From Auanema rhodensis (taxonomy: Eukaryota > Animalia > Nematoda): a stretch of 64,000 nt of DNA. Where the stretch lies: NCBI GenBank assembly GCA_964057225.1, contig OZ059895.1, forward strand, positions 15,872,001-15,936,000, in the 5' to 3' direction. Positions within the stretch are counted from its first letter, which is position 1. Each line of letters starts with the position of its first letter. Below are positions 38,616 to 51,400 of this stretch, one piece after another. A program made the position numbers and the translations under genes. The notes beneath the pieces were generated by a model, which saw nothing but the letters and a program-made list of their open reading frames with translations, ran no database searches and was not told the origin of the DNA.

Positions 38616-40452
38616 TTTCTCTTATTCGATTTGATTGAGATGGAAGTGCCGCCCACCCTCACAATGAAATAGTCCTCGTTTAAGCTGTAGTGAATTATAG
38701 TATTTTTTGAAGAAAGGTGAGCTGCGAAAGAGAAAATGATCCTGTTTAATGGGCTAGAAATCCAGCAAGAATTTGGATTTGGTGAGAAAAGAACATTGAG
38801 CGAAAGGAGCTATAACTTCCTCATAAATGAATTCATATCATCGCTCAATGTCATACTAAGGAATAAATAATAACTTAAGAAAATGAACATGACGCTAACA
38901 ACAGGAAGAAAGATACAGAGAGAGAAAGAGAGAGAAAGCAAGAAAAAGAAAAAGAGGAAGAGAAAGAGATAAAGTGGAAAATAAAAAAAAGCTTTTAAAG
39001 TTTTTTCACATTCCATGACGTTTGCAAAGAATGTAGACGAAATTAGCTGATAAACATGGACTATTTAATTATTCAGACAAATTATCTAGATCATGAGCCA
39101 AAGTAGTATCCCTTTTGGATACTCATTTTTGGGATTCAAAACAAGCTATAGAAATCGAAAACAAAAGTAGAAAATGGGATTTATGAAGCTACTAGCTACA
39201 CCTATGCGATAAACAATCATCAGAATTTCCCCAAACCTGGGACATAATGGCCGCTATATAGGATGATAGTTCAAAGTCAAACAACATATAAGAAGAAAGC
39301 ACTTAAAGGCTCGGTACTTCATAAAAGGAAAAGCTAGCGGAAGCGAGAACCCGGTTCAATGAGCAGCCGGCTCGATTAATTTATTTTTTTCTTTATGCTA
39401 GACAATGAGGAAAGATAGGAGTATAGTTAAAAGCTAAAAAAGTTCAAAAACCTCTGTTAGCAACAGCACTTATGAGGGCAATAATTTAAAAAAGGAGCAA
39501 GGCTTACAAGGAAGACATTTGAAAAAATCATTTAGCTGTTAATACTCTTTCTCGTTTTCTCTCTTTCTCTCTATTTATCTCAAAGTTTTTCCGGCTTCTA
39601 CTCGAAAAGAGATGAATGATGACTGGATTAAGTCAAGAGTAGGTCAGTAATATTCGAGGCAGGAAGGAGCCGTGACTCTGTAAACTATTAATCAAAGTAA
39701 ACGCCAATTCAGATTCTTAGGAGTAACAGGGATAGTTTAAGCATGACCTACACTCGTACTAAAATCCATATAAAAAACGGACAACGATAAAAATTAACCA
39801 AAAACTTGTACATATGGAGAAGATAAAGATAAAGTAACATCACCACCCGCACGCTTTTTACTTCCCGCTTTCTCTAAATTCTCATTAGAGTGTATTCATG
39901 TTCATGAATCCATAAACTAAAAAGAAAAAGCTCATCATAGTGAAAAGAAAATGATAGAGAAAAAAATAAGGGAAAGAGGGAGAGAAAGAGAGAAATAGGG
40001 AGAGTGAGGGTGAAAGAGGAAGGAAGGGAGACAGATAGTGGGAAGATAGCAAAATAGCAAAAGACAAATCTTTGATCAGTTTTAATAGATGAGACTTCGA
40101 TGCCAGCCTAGATACTCAAACACCAATCTTTATAATTGAATAGAAATTTTAAATTTCCAATTCATTTGGGTTATATTACTAGTAATAAGACTAACGCTTG
40201 GGTATAAATACAAAGGTAAGAAAGAGTGATAAACTTGAAAAAACTTAACGCAGTTCAAGAAATATGAGTCGAAAGAAGCGTTTTTTCGAGATCAAACATT
40301 TTCTATCTGATCTCTTCCTCTTTTATTTCAACTCACTATCCCTCAAGGTGAATTAGAAAACAATAGCATTGAAGAATTTGTAGAGAAAACTAGTTGTCAG
40401 AATAACACTATTCTGGATTAATTTTTAAAACAGAAGAAAAACGAAAACTAAC

Positions 40453-42095
40453 CTAATTCACCTTTTCTTCTCTTTTCTTGCTTCGCTCCTCTCTACTATA
40501 TCGATGCTTATAGATTCTGGCCGGTCGCTTATTACTCGTAGGTTTGCCAGATTCCAAAAACTTCATTTGCTGGGCTTTGCGAGCGTCTTCTAGACGAATG
40601 TCTTTGATTACAGCTTTGTAATGCTAAAGGAAATCATTAGGCAGATACAAACAAAATAAAAACTTCAATGAGCGCCTCCTCTTCTTGGACTCGTCCCTTG
40701 TTGCCTTTCCTCTTTGTAAACGATTTTCGAATTGCTTCACCCAAATCCTCTCCCAGAAAATATGACCGAAGCACCGAAGCAGACTGGGCTAAAGGAAGAA
40801 CTCTACGTTGTCCCTCTAATCTTAAAAAATAAAATACTTTTACTTTCTATTTATCTGGTAATTCTTACAAGACATGCTTTTCAACTGGTATTCTATAGGC
40901 TTTTATGTTTTCTTGAATAGCAACTGAATAACTGCTTGTGGATGGATGAGTATCTAGACTAGTGCAAAAGACAACAGCTTTACAACTTATTGGCTCCGCA
41001 GGTAGTACTTCCTTGGCTTTCCATGAAATGAAGATAGCATCTTCTGAAAAATGAATAATTCATTTTAATTTTGATTTGCATATAGAGCGGTTGTGTTTCA
41101 AATTCAACCTTTCACCAACTTTTATCACATGGTAAAACGCTCTTCAAGTTTCGGCTCGTTAATGTTGGTGAAAACAAGTGAGGTGTGAAATTATTTTGTA
41201 AACAAGTAGGTCCGTAACGAAACAGAAGTTGTCTGGAAATTAGATCATTTTTTGATTGAAATCTATCATGTGAATTACTTTTTGGCAATTTCTGACATTT
41301 GTTGATCTGGAGTATAATTAATTGATGTTATATCAAAAGGATTTCGAGAGAGCGAATTGAATTCATGAAGCTTCTGAATTTGGCTGAAAACATAACAGAA
41401 TATTACTATTTGCTCTCCAACCATAACTAACTTCATAAATACTTCTTGAGTTGCAAAGGAAAATTCGTTCAGAAATCTACAATCAATCAGCAATTTCGGC
41501 AGTTCATCTTGAAATGTAGCAGTTCGTATAAAGCGACTTCCGTAAGTTGTTTCTATTCGGTCTAAACGAACAACATCTTTAAAAACTGAAGCAAAACCAA
41601 CTTCTCAATGTAGCATCTTGGAGAAAAATTAAATTTCTGTCTTCTTTGCTTTCATTCTTATTATCAACAACCTTCAAAACAAACTTTAATAATAATTTTG
41701 GATATGAACTAACAAAAGTTGCTGATTTTTCTTCTACATTAAGCTTTTTTAACATTAAAAGATAGTTCGTTCTCTGCTCACAAGTTTTTAACAACATTAA
41801 ACTGTTCCAAATGTCATCCGTTAATTGAGGCAATGAGGTAGAGCCAATAATCTCGAAAAATGCCTGTAAAATGGCCAGATAACGGGTCTCTTTGAGCAAT
41901 GAAAACCTGAATCTCTGTCACCAGCCTTGCAAACTCTTCTTTTTGTGACGGCTTACGAACGTATTTATTTAAAAAATCGCTACTAGGAAGTTCTTTCTCA
42001 ATACTCCTAACCATAGGAGAAGCCGATTGGCACAAAAATCTAATTGAAGCTTGACGCAATAATGCTAGATTAGGATTCAGAATAGATTTAAACAT
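40453..42095 (-). CDS. TRM10-family (SPOUT) tRNA m1R9 methyltransferase-like protein, probably mitochondrial (TRMT10C/MRPP1-like); multi-exon
   Basis: Basic amphipathic N-terminus MFKSILNPNLALLRQASIRFLCQS. TRM10 blocks: PKLLIDCRF...NQIQKLHEFNSLSRNPF, IFISWKAKEVL, SSYSVAIQENIKAYRIPVEKHV and RRVLPLAQSASVL..GEDLGEAIRKSFTKRK. The protein ends ...YKHRYSREERSKKREEKVN*. Confidence 0.75.
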
Positions 42096-42098
42096 TTC

Positions 42099-42234
42099 CT
42101 GCAAGAAGTCTGATAATAACCACAACTTTTCGGCTCCCTACACAACGCAAACATATGAAATAATTGAAAATAGTTGAAAGTATCAGAATCAAACAGAAAA
42201 ACATAACAGAACAAAACAAAGATGAAGATTTATT
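42099..42234 (-). promoter_or_regulatory. Putative operon intercistronic region: poly(A) signal, U-rich tract, trans-splice acceptor
   Basis: On the minus strand: AATAAA (42234-42229), then CTTTGTTTTGTTCTGTTATGTTTTTCTGTTTG, then CTTGCAG|GAAATG about 130 nt after the AATAAA. Confidence 0.5.
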
Positions 42235-42443
42235 GTGATTTATGAAGAATTTTTAACGAAATAATAAATTTCTTTTGTTAATATTAAAAATATAAAGGCT
42301 TAGTCAAATTGTATTGGCACTTAAACTATTTTGTGATATGTAGCATGGAAATGATTAATGAATAATTTTTTAAAAATATGAGTAAAAATGTTTACAATCG
42401 CATTGTTTTCAATTCTATACCCTAAAATATTTTCCAAAATAAA

Positions 42444-44229
42444 TTAATTTTTCTTGACTAAGTATGAAACATCAAAAGCATGAATCTTGAAGTGAGCGCA
42501 TAACTGACGAACCTGAAAAAAAAATTAAAGTCATCTCCTTTTTGGTACTGACAAGTGAAAGGTTCAATACTTCAAAAAGTTCCATACTCACCACACACAC
42601 GCCATAATGGATATGAAGACCAGTGATAACAATAGTTGACAATCGAAGAAGAGTAAGTTCGAGATTAGGAAGGAGGAAAGAAATGGCTGAAAAAGATAGG
42701 AATTAAACTGTTGAAATGATTAGAGACAAACCTGCGACAGCAATGTAAATAGCTAGCAAAGTATTCCAAACTTTTGCTCTTGTGCTAGACATTTGGGAAA
42801 TTATCAAATGACACTGAAAAGGAAAAGATTGCTTTAACAGAGCCACATTTTTAAAATCTCTTACAGCAATGTTACTGAAGACGGTTCCCACACAGAAGAA
42901 GTACATACGTGGATCTTGATCAATAACATTTCCTACAAACACATGAGAAATTTTTTATGAAAACTGATTTTTGCTCACCTGGAGAATAAGCTGCCCACAA
43001 AACACTGGATACAAACAGAGTAATGATAGGGAACATGGGACGAGACATTTCCATAATATTAGGCTAAAAACCAATAAATTCTTTATAAATAATATTTTTA
43101 AAAAGCTATACCTGCTTAAAAGTCTTAGTTACAGCATACGCTTGCCACATGTTATAACCAGACATTACGAGTGATCCGATGCAACATACTGTAAATCGCA
43201 CTAACTCATAAAACTCAAATGTTACTAAAACTTACAATAAAAGCCAATTTCAAAAGTTGTGGCAAACGTTAATCCTCCGATAACGTAAAACTTGAACCAT
43301 TCATAACCAACGATGTAAGTAAATATATAAACAAAGACAAGTCCCTGATATCAAATAGATGACATAAATCAAGTGACTGAGTAAAAGACTTACATATTGA
43401 CTAGCATCGTATCCCCATGATAAGAACATTACTCCAGTATTATACTTCTCCCAATGAGTAACAATAAAAACTAATTGGACACTGATAAGAATATATAGTA
43501 AATTCAATGGAGGAACACTGAAAATATCATTTCAAAGAGAAGATTAACTACAATCTCTAACCTGAAATCTCCTTTTCCAAATACAGAGAAGATTGTGATT
43601 GTGAAAGGAACGGTGGACCATGAATCCAAACCATGATCAACTGAACAACCGAAATTTATTAAAAATTAATAAAAATGGGGATGGGTACATAGTTCTCCTG
43701 TTGGACCTGAGGCTCCAATTCTACGAGCTTGTTTTCCGTCTGTTCCATCTAATGTATGCCCTAAAAAGGTACAAATAGCAGCGGCCATCCAAAACCTAAA
43801 CAAGCACAAAAAGAAACGTTTCATGTCCTTTTTCATATTACCAATCTGGAATAGGACTCTTTGTTCCAACACTATTCCTATTTAAATCATAGTCCAAAAC
43901 ACATTCCAAAAAGAAACAACCCATTACGAAAGCCCATCCTGTTAGAGTAAGAACGTTGGGCGCAATGGTTCGTGGATAAAACTGAGATCATACTTAGGTA
44001 AATGGATACTATATTAATGATATATATTTAACCTCAACAATCCAATTCCAGAAAGGATGTGAGACATAAACGGAAATAGGGCTGTTATCTATGCAGCAAT
44101 ACTGAAAAAGAAATTACTCATGTTTTTACTTTACAAAAATTGAAAGTAATAAAAGCAAAAAAGGACCTTATATTTATCAAATCCTTTAATCTGCTCTGTA
44201 GATAGGTATTTCTTAGAGAAAAGACCCAT
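42444..44229 (-). CDS. EPT1: Ethanolamine/choline phosphotransferase (CDP-alcohol phosphatidyltransferase), EPT1/SELENOI type; multi-exon
   Basis: Start [39 protein letters not shown], then APNVLTLTG, the CDP-alcohol motif [27 protein letters not shown], and [17 protein letters not shown]. Ends [22 protein letters not shown]. Confidence 0.92.
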
Positions 44230-45113
44230 TGTGTCGTGTTCTCTCGTAATTTCACAATCTTAAAACTTATTATGAGGAAAGCATATGGAATCAAGAAAGT
44301 TTGAAAGGAGGAAAGCAAAAAGTCATATTAATACGATGGGATAATAGAAAAAATAAAGGATCGGCTTTTCACCTTTATTCAAAATAGGAACAAGATCATT
44401 TAAATCATTTTGATTTAACTCAGACTTCACTTCCACATCTTGCATGTCATAAAATGTATGTCTAAATAGAATTAACGCTATCAACGACAAAGGTTCATTT
44501 GAAATTCAGAACTAAAGCATTGTCAACATATTTAGAAATTTTCAAAATAACACTAATTAACTACATTCTACCAGTAGAAATAATAATTTAATTTTTCATA
44601 ATAAATAACAAATATGAATGGGTTTAGGTAAAAGATAAACAGCTGGAAGATTTTGTGACAGACTTAGTTCCGTAAAACATGCAAGATTCTGGTCACAGAC
44701 AAATTATGGCAAAAAAAAGGAAATTATTTCCATTATAGGACAAGCTGATAACTGAATAGCACATATGAGGTTCATTCTGATGTAGTCTGATAAGAGAATA
44801 GCTATGATAATGATACTTCTTTGCAAATTTTGAAAGAGAGACCGTCGGCTGCACGAAAACACTGTACGTGATTGAAAAATGAAACGGTAACTACATGAGT
44901 ACGTGAACAATTTAAGACTGGATTTAAATAAAAAATGATTGAAGAATAACTTCAGCATAAAAAAAGAAGATCAAATAAAATATATGAAACAAAATACGTA
45001 AAATAATAAATTTACTTCGACGGGATCTTGCATTAGTTGAATCATATATTAGTTCATAGAATGAAGACAATAAACCAAAGCATTGTGAGTATACGCATCA
45101 TAGAGAAATCTGT

Positions 45114-47319
45114 TTAGGTCATATCAATGGTAGGTGAAACAAAAAATATAGTTCCTATTACTACGGCCATAAAAACGGTGAAAATTATCAGACAGAAACG
45201 ATCAAGTGCCATTGCAGCTAACTTCCATTCATCCTAATAAATGAATACTGAATAAACAATCTTAAGTAGTAATTGAACGACTTACTCGATTTTTTTTTGT
45301 AACTGACCGCCTATCCACAAATTCGCGGATACGTCGAAGTCTATTTACAATACCGGAATATATATTTAGTAAGTACAAAGACATTTCCGCGTCTTCTTTA
45401 CTCTCATCTGTAAGAAATATTAAAGAAACTTTATAAAATTGCCATGTTACCTTCTTTCACAAGTTCAATACATTTTTTCAAGCATCGCTCATATTGATTC
45501 CATTGTATCTTCTTGCTATTTGTGAATATTTTGTTCATAAAAATTCCCTATAGTTATAATAAGTTTGATTGCTAACCCGTATCTGATTACCTGTCCAACT
45601 TTCCTTTCTAAGCCTAATTTCTCATTTGTCAACGATGATAGAATTGGATCATCTAACCCTTGTTCTGCTAGACATTTGGAAACTGTGTCTCCCGTCTTAT
45701 AGGCACACTTCAATGAGGATTGAGTTATTGAACTTAGAAGACCTTATAGGAAACCTGTGCACAGTCATGAAATTCTGGTGAAGAGGTGTTAACACACCTT
45801 CCCTTTACATACTTATGCTTCGGGCGTTTCAGCATAACCAACCAAGGTATCCATTCCACAAATACTTGTCGGAACTGAGATTAAAACAAACATTTTACAT
45901 ATCAATGGAATGACCAACGAAAGGTGACATTGTGTGATTGGCATGCTGACGATATCTGATGTTCAGTACAGCGATTGTAAACGTAGTTGTGATCGAAACA
46001 ATCAAAGTGACGGCTGAGAAGAACATTCCTAAGATGGTAAATCATAATTCAAGAACATAAAAAAAAGCAAAAATGCCTAAAAGTGGTATAGATTCTGATG
46101 TAGTTGGTATCATTTCCGATAAGATAGTTAGAAAGAAGCATACCGATAATAAAATTGTTGTTTCTAAATCTTATGAATTCAAACAGGAAAAAGCTGTAAA
46201 ACCTTACGAAAGCCAATTTTCTCGCTCATATCATCAGCTGGCAGGCAAAAGGCCAAAAGTGTCATTAAAGAAATCAAAAGTGATGGTATCAAAACATTGA
46301 AAGCATAATAAAGTGCTCTCCTTCGTATATAAATATAAAACCTGAAAAACATGTTGCTTGAGTATGGGCCACTACTTCTCCGCAAAACTTACTTGATAGT
46401 AGGGTAAGGTTCTAGACAGCATTTGTAAAACTTTACTTCTCTATGAGCTGGAGCATTTACGAGATGCCATTCTCCGTTTGTGATATATGTAGATAAATCA
46501 ACAGCAGGAGCTGAAAACATATAATTTTAATAATATTAAAATAAAGCTTGATCTTACTATCCTCTTTTTCAGTATCAACTTGTAGGTCAATTGAAAAGCC
46601 ATGATAGGTCCATGAACCAAACTTCATGAAGCATATCTAGAAAACAGAATTGAAAGTCAAAGACACGATTTGAGATGATTGAAACCTGCTCATCAAACGG
46701 AAACATCGTAATATCCATTTTACATGAAATTTTAAAAATCCCAGGTGGAATCCAGTTTACAAGTCCTGTAGAATACACGACTAAGTTTGATTTGAAGGAA
46801 GAATCAAATCGATCATCAGCACTAAAAACAAATTCACCAAAATCTAATTCTTATAGCACACCTATTATAGAGCAAAATATCAGGCTGCCAAACTTGATTT
46901 TCTCCTCCAGGAAAGCGAACTGAGGAAATATTATCGTAAGCTAGTGGACGCCATCGAAGGCGATAATCATTCCATGTCTAAAGAAATCAAAACAATCTGT
47001 AAAAGTTTCTAAATCCTTGATACAAACGTATTTCAACCAAGCATTGATTTCAACAACTTGATTCTGCTCATCAACATTGATTATCTGTTGTAAGAAGACT
47101 TTGATAAACACTGGTAATGGTTTGGACGGATTTCTAACGGGCCGAACTAGAGAACTATAATTTGTCAATAATGTCCTGAAATTGGTAGGAATCTAAGAAG
47201 ATAAAGCTAATTGCGCACTTATATAATACCGCTTCGGCTTTACTACTAGACACAGGTATCCAAACAGTTGCAAACAAGAAAATTGCAAAGGGGCATATCA
47301 TCCAAACTGTATTGTTCAT
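45114..47319 (-). CDS. Nicotinic acetylcholine receptor alpha-type subunit (ACR-16-like group; TM2 similar to the EAT-2/ACR-7 type); multi-exon
   Basis: Signal peptide MNNTVWMICPFAIFLF, then NYSSLVRPV, WQPDILLYN, Cys-loop [23 protein letters not shown], loop C with vicinal cysteines FYKCCLEPY, RRRALYYAFN, TM2 EKIGFQTTILLSVCFFLTILSEM and TM4 EWKLAAMALDRFCL. Confidence 0.95.
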
Positions 47320-47625
47320 TAACTTAGGAGCAGCACAACAAGATTCTCATGAACTATTAATGTACAAAACAAGTTTAAATATAAATTTTAATAATGAGGG
47401 TAGTAAATCTAACAGACAGAGTTGTCTGATTGGTGTGAATAGAAGCTAATCGAAGAACAGAAGAGGGCAAATATGTCAATTAGGTGCTCTCGAAAGACAA
47501 ACACGTCCAAATCTCAATAGTTCACTTCTCTTCACTGAATACTATCATTTCGAACATAAGATCAGCTTAACCATTTAAAATATAATATTGAATTATCGAA
47601 AATTTCATTTAGCCATAATAAACAA

Positions 47626-50600
47626 TTATTTGAATGGTATCCAAGATCGTTCAGATACTTTTTCCCAAGATTGATTTATGTGTTCCAAACTGCATCTAGA
47701 TGAAATTCATTAAAAGCGGTGAAATTATTTTCTTCATGTATTACCCTTCATTGTCTTCTATATGACCGTTAGGTGGTAAACTCTCAAACAACTGGAAAAT
47801 ATTTTCAATTTGAGTTGTCAATTTGAGATGTGAGGGGGTGTCTTACTTACTTCACGATAAGGATTACCAAGATTTTTTAGCCACATTTCCGTTTTATTCT
47901 GATATTCAACTTCTTCTCCATTTCCCAGCATAGAATTTCTAAAGACTAATTAAAGAACGTCCGAAAACTCATATTACAAGTCACAGTTATCCATTCCTTC
48001 TGACGCTTGATACATTTGCTTCGTTCCCGATGTTTTGAATAACTTGCGTTCAGTGTTAAGTAATGGTATTTCTATAAAATAGAATTTTCATTAGAAGACC
48101 TGGTAAAGCAAAAAATACCTATACCAATGGCTAATAAGAATGCACATATCAATGACAAAGAGAACACGGTTATAGCTAAAACGATGAAGTATAGAAAGCT
48201 GGTAGTAGATAGAGGTTGTCGAGATGTCCAAATCAGGAAAAGGAGAATTGGCTCATGACTCAAGAAAATTCCAAATGAAAGTCTACAGAAATGAGAACAT
48301 TTTTTAAAACAGTTTTAGAAAATACCTGGCAAGCGGCAGAAGTCTTGGACTAGTTAAGAAGTATGTTAAGGAAGGCATATATTTCAATTCGGATATATAC
48401 AAGATACCAGCTAAGCCTAAAGCCCAAGTAGTGCGATGGATAACAGTGTGATGATAAGTTAGAAGATTCTAAAAAGATGATTTTTCGAAAAAAAAACTTA
48501 ATTAACTATACGATTTCATAGCGTGATCCAAATAATGAGTAAAACAGGAAAACAAATATCATTGTATAACCCATGAGTTTCCTTACTGACGACAGGGAGG
48601 AAGATGACTTATTCAAGATTATCCATGCTGTGAACAGCCCTATAAACTTAGAATTGTTATTCACAACAAATATATATATATATAAACCTATGAAGAATGG
48701 AGGAGATCTGGATATGGCATTGGCATAGAGCCAACGGAAATAAAATTCCCCGGTTTCTAAAGACTCCGATTGCAACATGCTTACAAAAAAGTTTGTCGGA
48801 AGTCTTGAGAATAGAAGTAATAAACACGAAAAAACAAACAAAAAAGCTTACTGATAAATTAATAGCATCAAGAATCTATAACACAGTGGAAGAGTTATAA
48901 CGACTGAGCAAATTATCCATAATTTATTGCTGAACAATTTTGATTGCAGAGCCAAAAAAATTAGGGGAGAGAGCTGGAAAAGGAGCAGCATATGAATCAA
49001 AATGAAAGATTTACCATATACAGCTGAAAATCAACAGCTATATACCATAGCCAAGGCAGACAATGTGATGGGAATAAGTTGGAAACAAATAAAAAATGAG
49101 GCCATATCGATGAGAACGATGAACACTGCGTTCCGAATATACCTAAGAAGCAGGTTGAACGATAAGTTTATATTAGATACCGTTTGTATTCCACAGAGGA
49201 CCATCACCCAAATGGTTGTATATCACAGAAATGAAAAATAAATAAAAAGCTAATGATGGCCATAACCGAAATACTCGATGAGAATAAAAGAAAATAATTC
49301 TCGAACTTATAAATATATTTTTTTGGCTGAAATGAGCAACACAGGACTTCTGAAATGGGGATATAGAAATACCTGAACAGCATTCGTTTTCTAATTGAAC
49401 AAGCCAGCACAGCTCCCGAGATAAAGAGAAATGAATCAACAGCCAATGAAGAGTTTAAAAGAATTGAAAAAGCCCAAGATGATGTACTCATGGATTCTGA
49501 CATTATCTTTACTGTATCCATATAGCCGAGAGAGAAGAGGCAGCTATGACCGAGAATTACCTGAATAATAAATAATTCAGAGAGTAGTTTGGTCATAGAA
49601 CTATTACCCAGAAAGCCGACACAATTTTGAAGAAATTCAGTGTAGGCATGTCTCCACTTGAATTACGGAATAGAAATTCAAGAGACTTCTTTAAACTAAA
49701 GGAAGAAACCTGAATACGTCAATATAAAACAAAACAGATTTAAATAACTCACAATATCAATCACAACGCTTCTTAACGTTATTTTACTTAACGTAGGAAT
49801 ATTCTTGTATGTTAACGCTACAGATGGAGCTCTGGCATAATAATGCAAGCGTACATCCTCTTGACTAGAATCTAAATTGCAATACAATTTGAAACCTAGC
49901 TAATTACTCACCAGCATATCGACTCAAACTTTCCGGATATTCATTAATGTCGGAGATCCATCCCCGTTCTAAGCTTGTATCAAGCAAAGTTCCTCCAACA
50001 AGCAATAGTAACCATAAGACAATAATCAAAATAACAGCTGGCTTTAAGGAGGCAAATTCATTTTGTAGATAGAGCAGACAAGCATACTATAATACCTTGA
50101 CTTTCCAAGTCCAAGCTTTATCATCCCTAGCGCAATGAACAGACTGAACATCATATATCTTATTTCTCAGTTTTTGGATAACTTTATGAAAAACATCTTG
50201 ATTACAAGTTTTGGGTAAACATGCTCCTAAAAGACATTTCTGTTATTAATGCAAACGAAAATACTTATATTACCCGCCGTCACGGGAAGATTTCTTCCAA
50301 TTTTCCCAAATTTTTTCAAACTTCCAGAAATTGTACAATAATGAACTGGATTTTGGCTATGTATTAGGTTTCTGCATATATCATAATCACCCAGAAAGAA
50401 AAATGGTCCTCTTCTAAAAAATACTTGCCATTCAATATTATAGAACAATCACATTACTTAGTCAAGCCAGCTGGTATTTTAGGCCAAGAGTCTATTAGCT
50501 GCAATGAGAGCCAAGATTTTCCTTTGAATTCTGCAAAACAAGTTTATAACTTAAATACAAAATGCTCGAAATGCTTAAAATGAGAAAAAAACTAATATTC

Positions 50601-51400
50601 TTTAATGTAATATATAACTAAAAAAATTAACACACGTGCGCAAAATTTTGTGTTGGTCTTAAGAGGACATACAATTGCTGATATGATTACTAAGATATCT
50701 TTGACGCATTGACCAATATCTGTAAATAATGTTTTTTATAATAAAAACAAATTATCAACCGTAACCTAACAGTTTCTAGGAAAAAAACACTACAAATTGA
50801 ACCAAAACTACCATTTGATGAATCTAATTTAGTCAAAAATTTAATAATTTGTTGTTTTTCATCGTTGCGTAGCCATTTGATGTTGAAATCTTGAGGTAGA
50901 ATGTCGTTGATTACCCATGTAGACACTTCGTCAGAATAGCGTGAATCTAAAAGAAAATATATATGTATGGAACTGCAACTTATTATTTAGAAACAATGAA
51001 TGTACAAATATGAAAATTGCATAAAAGTGTACAATTCATTTGCGTGCATAATAACACAATTGAAGAAGAAAGATGTTGTTACTTTGATTAGCCATGCTCA
51101 TCTCACTCAAATCGCACTTATAAATTACATAGACGAAATCGGAATACCCAAAAGATAAGTATAATTAAATTCAAAACAATTACCATTTAAGGACTGCTGA
51201 AACTGTACATTGTAGCTGGATGATAATGCTGGATGAATACATTCTGTATGAATGAAAGTTGAAAATAAACAAAATAGTTTGAAACAAAAAAATGTTTTAT
51301 GTAAAAGCTTAGAAAGCTGAGAAATTGCCACCATCCAATTAATAGACAGAAAATTAATATGGCAAGAAAAATACGCAAAAAAAACGACCCACGTGAAAAT
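47626..51400 (-). CDS. NRF-6/NDG-4-like membrane O-acyltransferase (NRF domain + Acyl_transf_3); multi-exon, both termini approximate
   Basis: NRF domain LIDSWPKIPAGLT..GPFFFLGDYDIC..YC..ACLPKTC. Acyltransferase-3 motifs VILGHS, LAVDSFLFISG, FYSHRVFRLWP, WYIAVDFQL and SRSPPFFIG, with many hydrophobic segments. Confidence 0.88.

Noticed and set aside
42444-42520. Selenocysteine in the SELENOI homologue
   Set aside because: The last exon ends in TAA with no in-frame TGA, and no SECIS-like hairpin is evident in the AT-rich 3' UTR.
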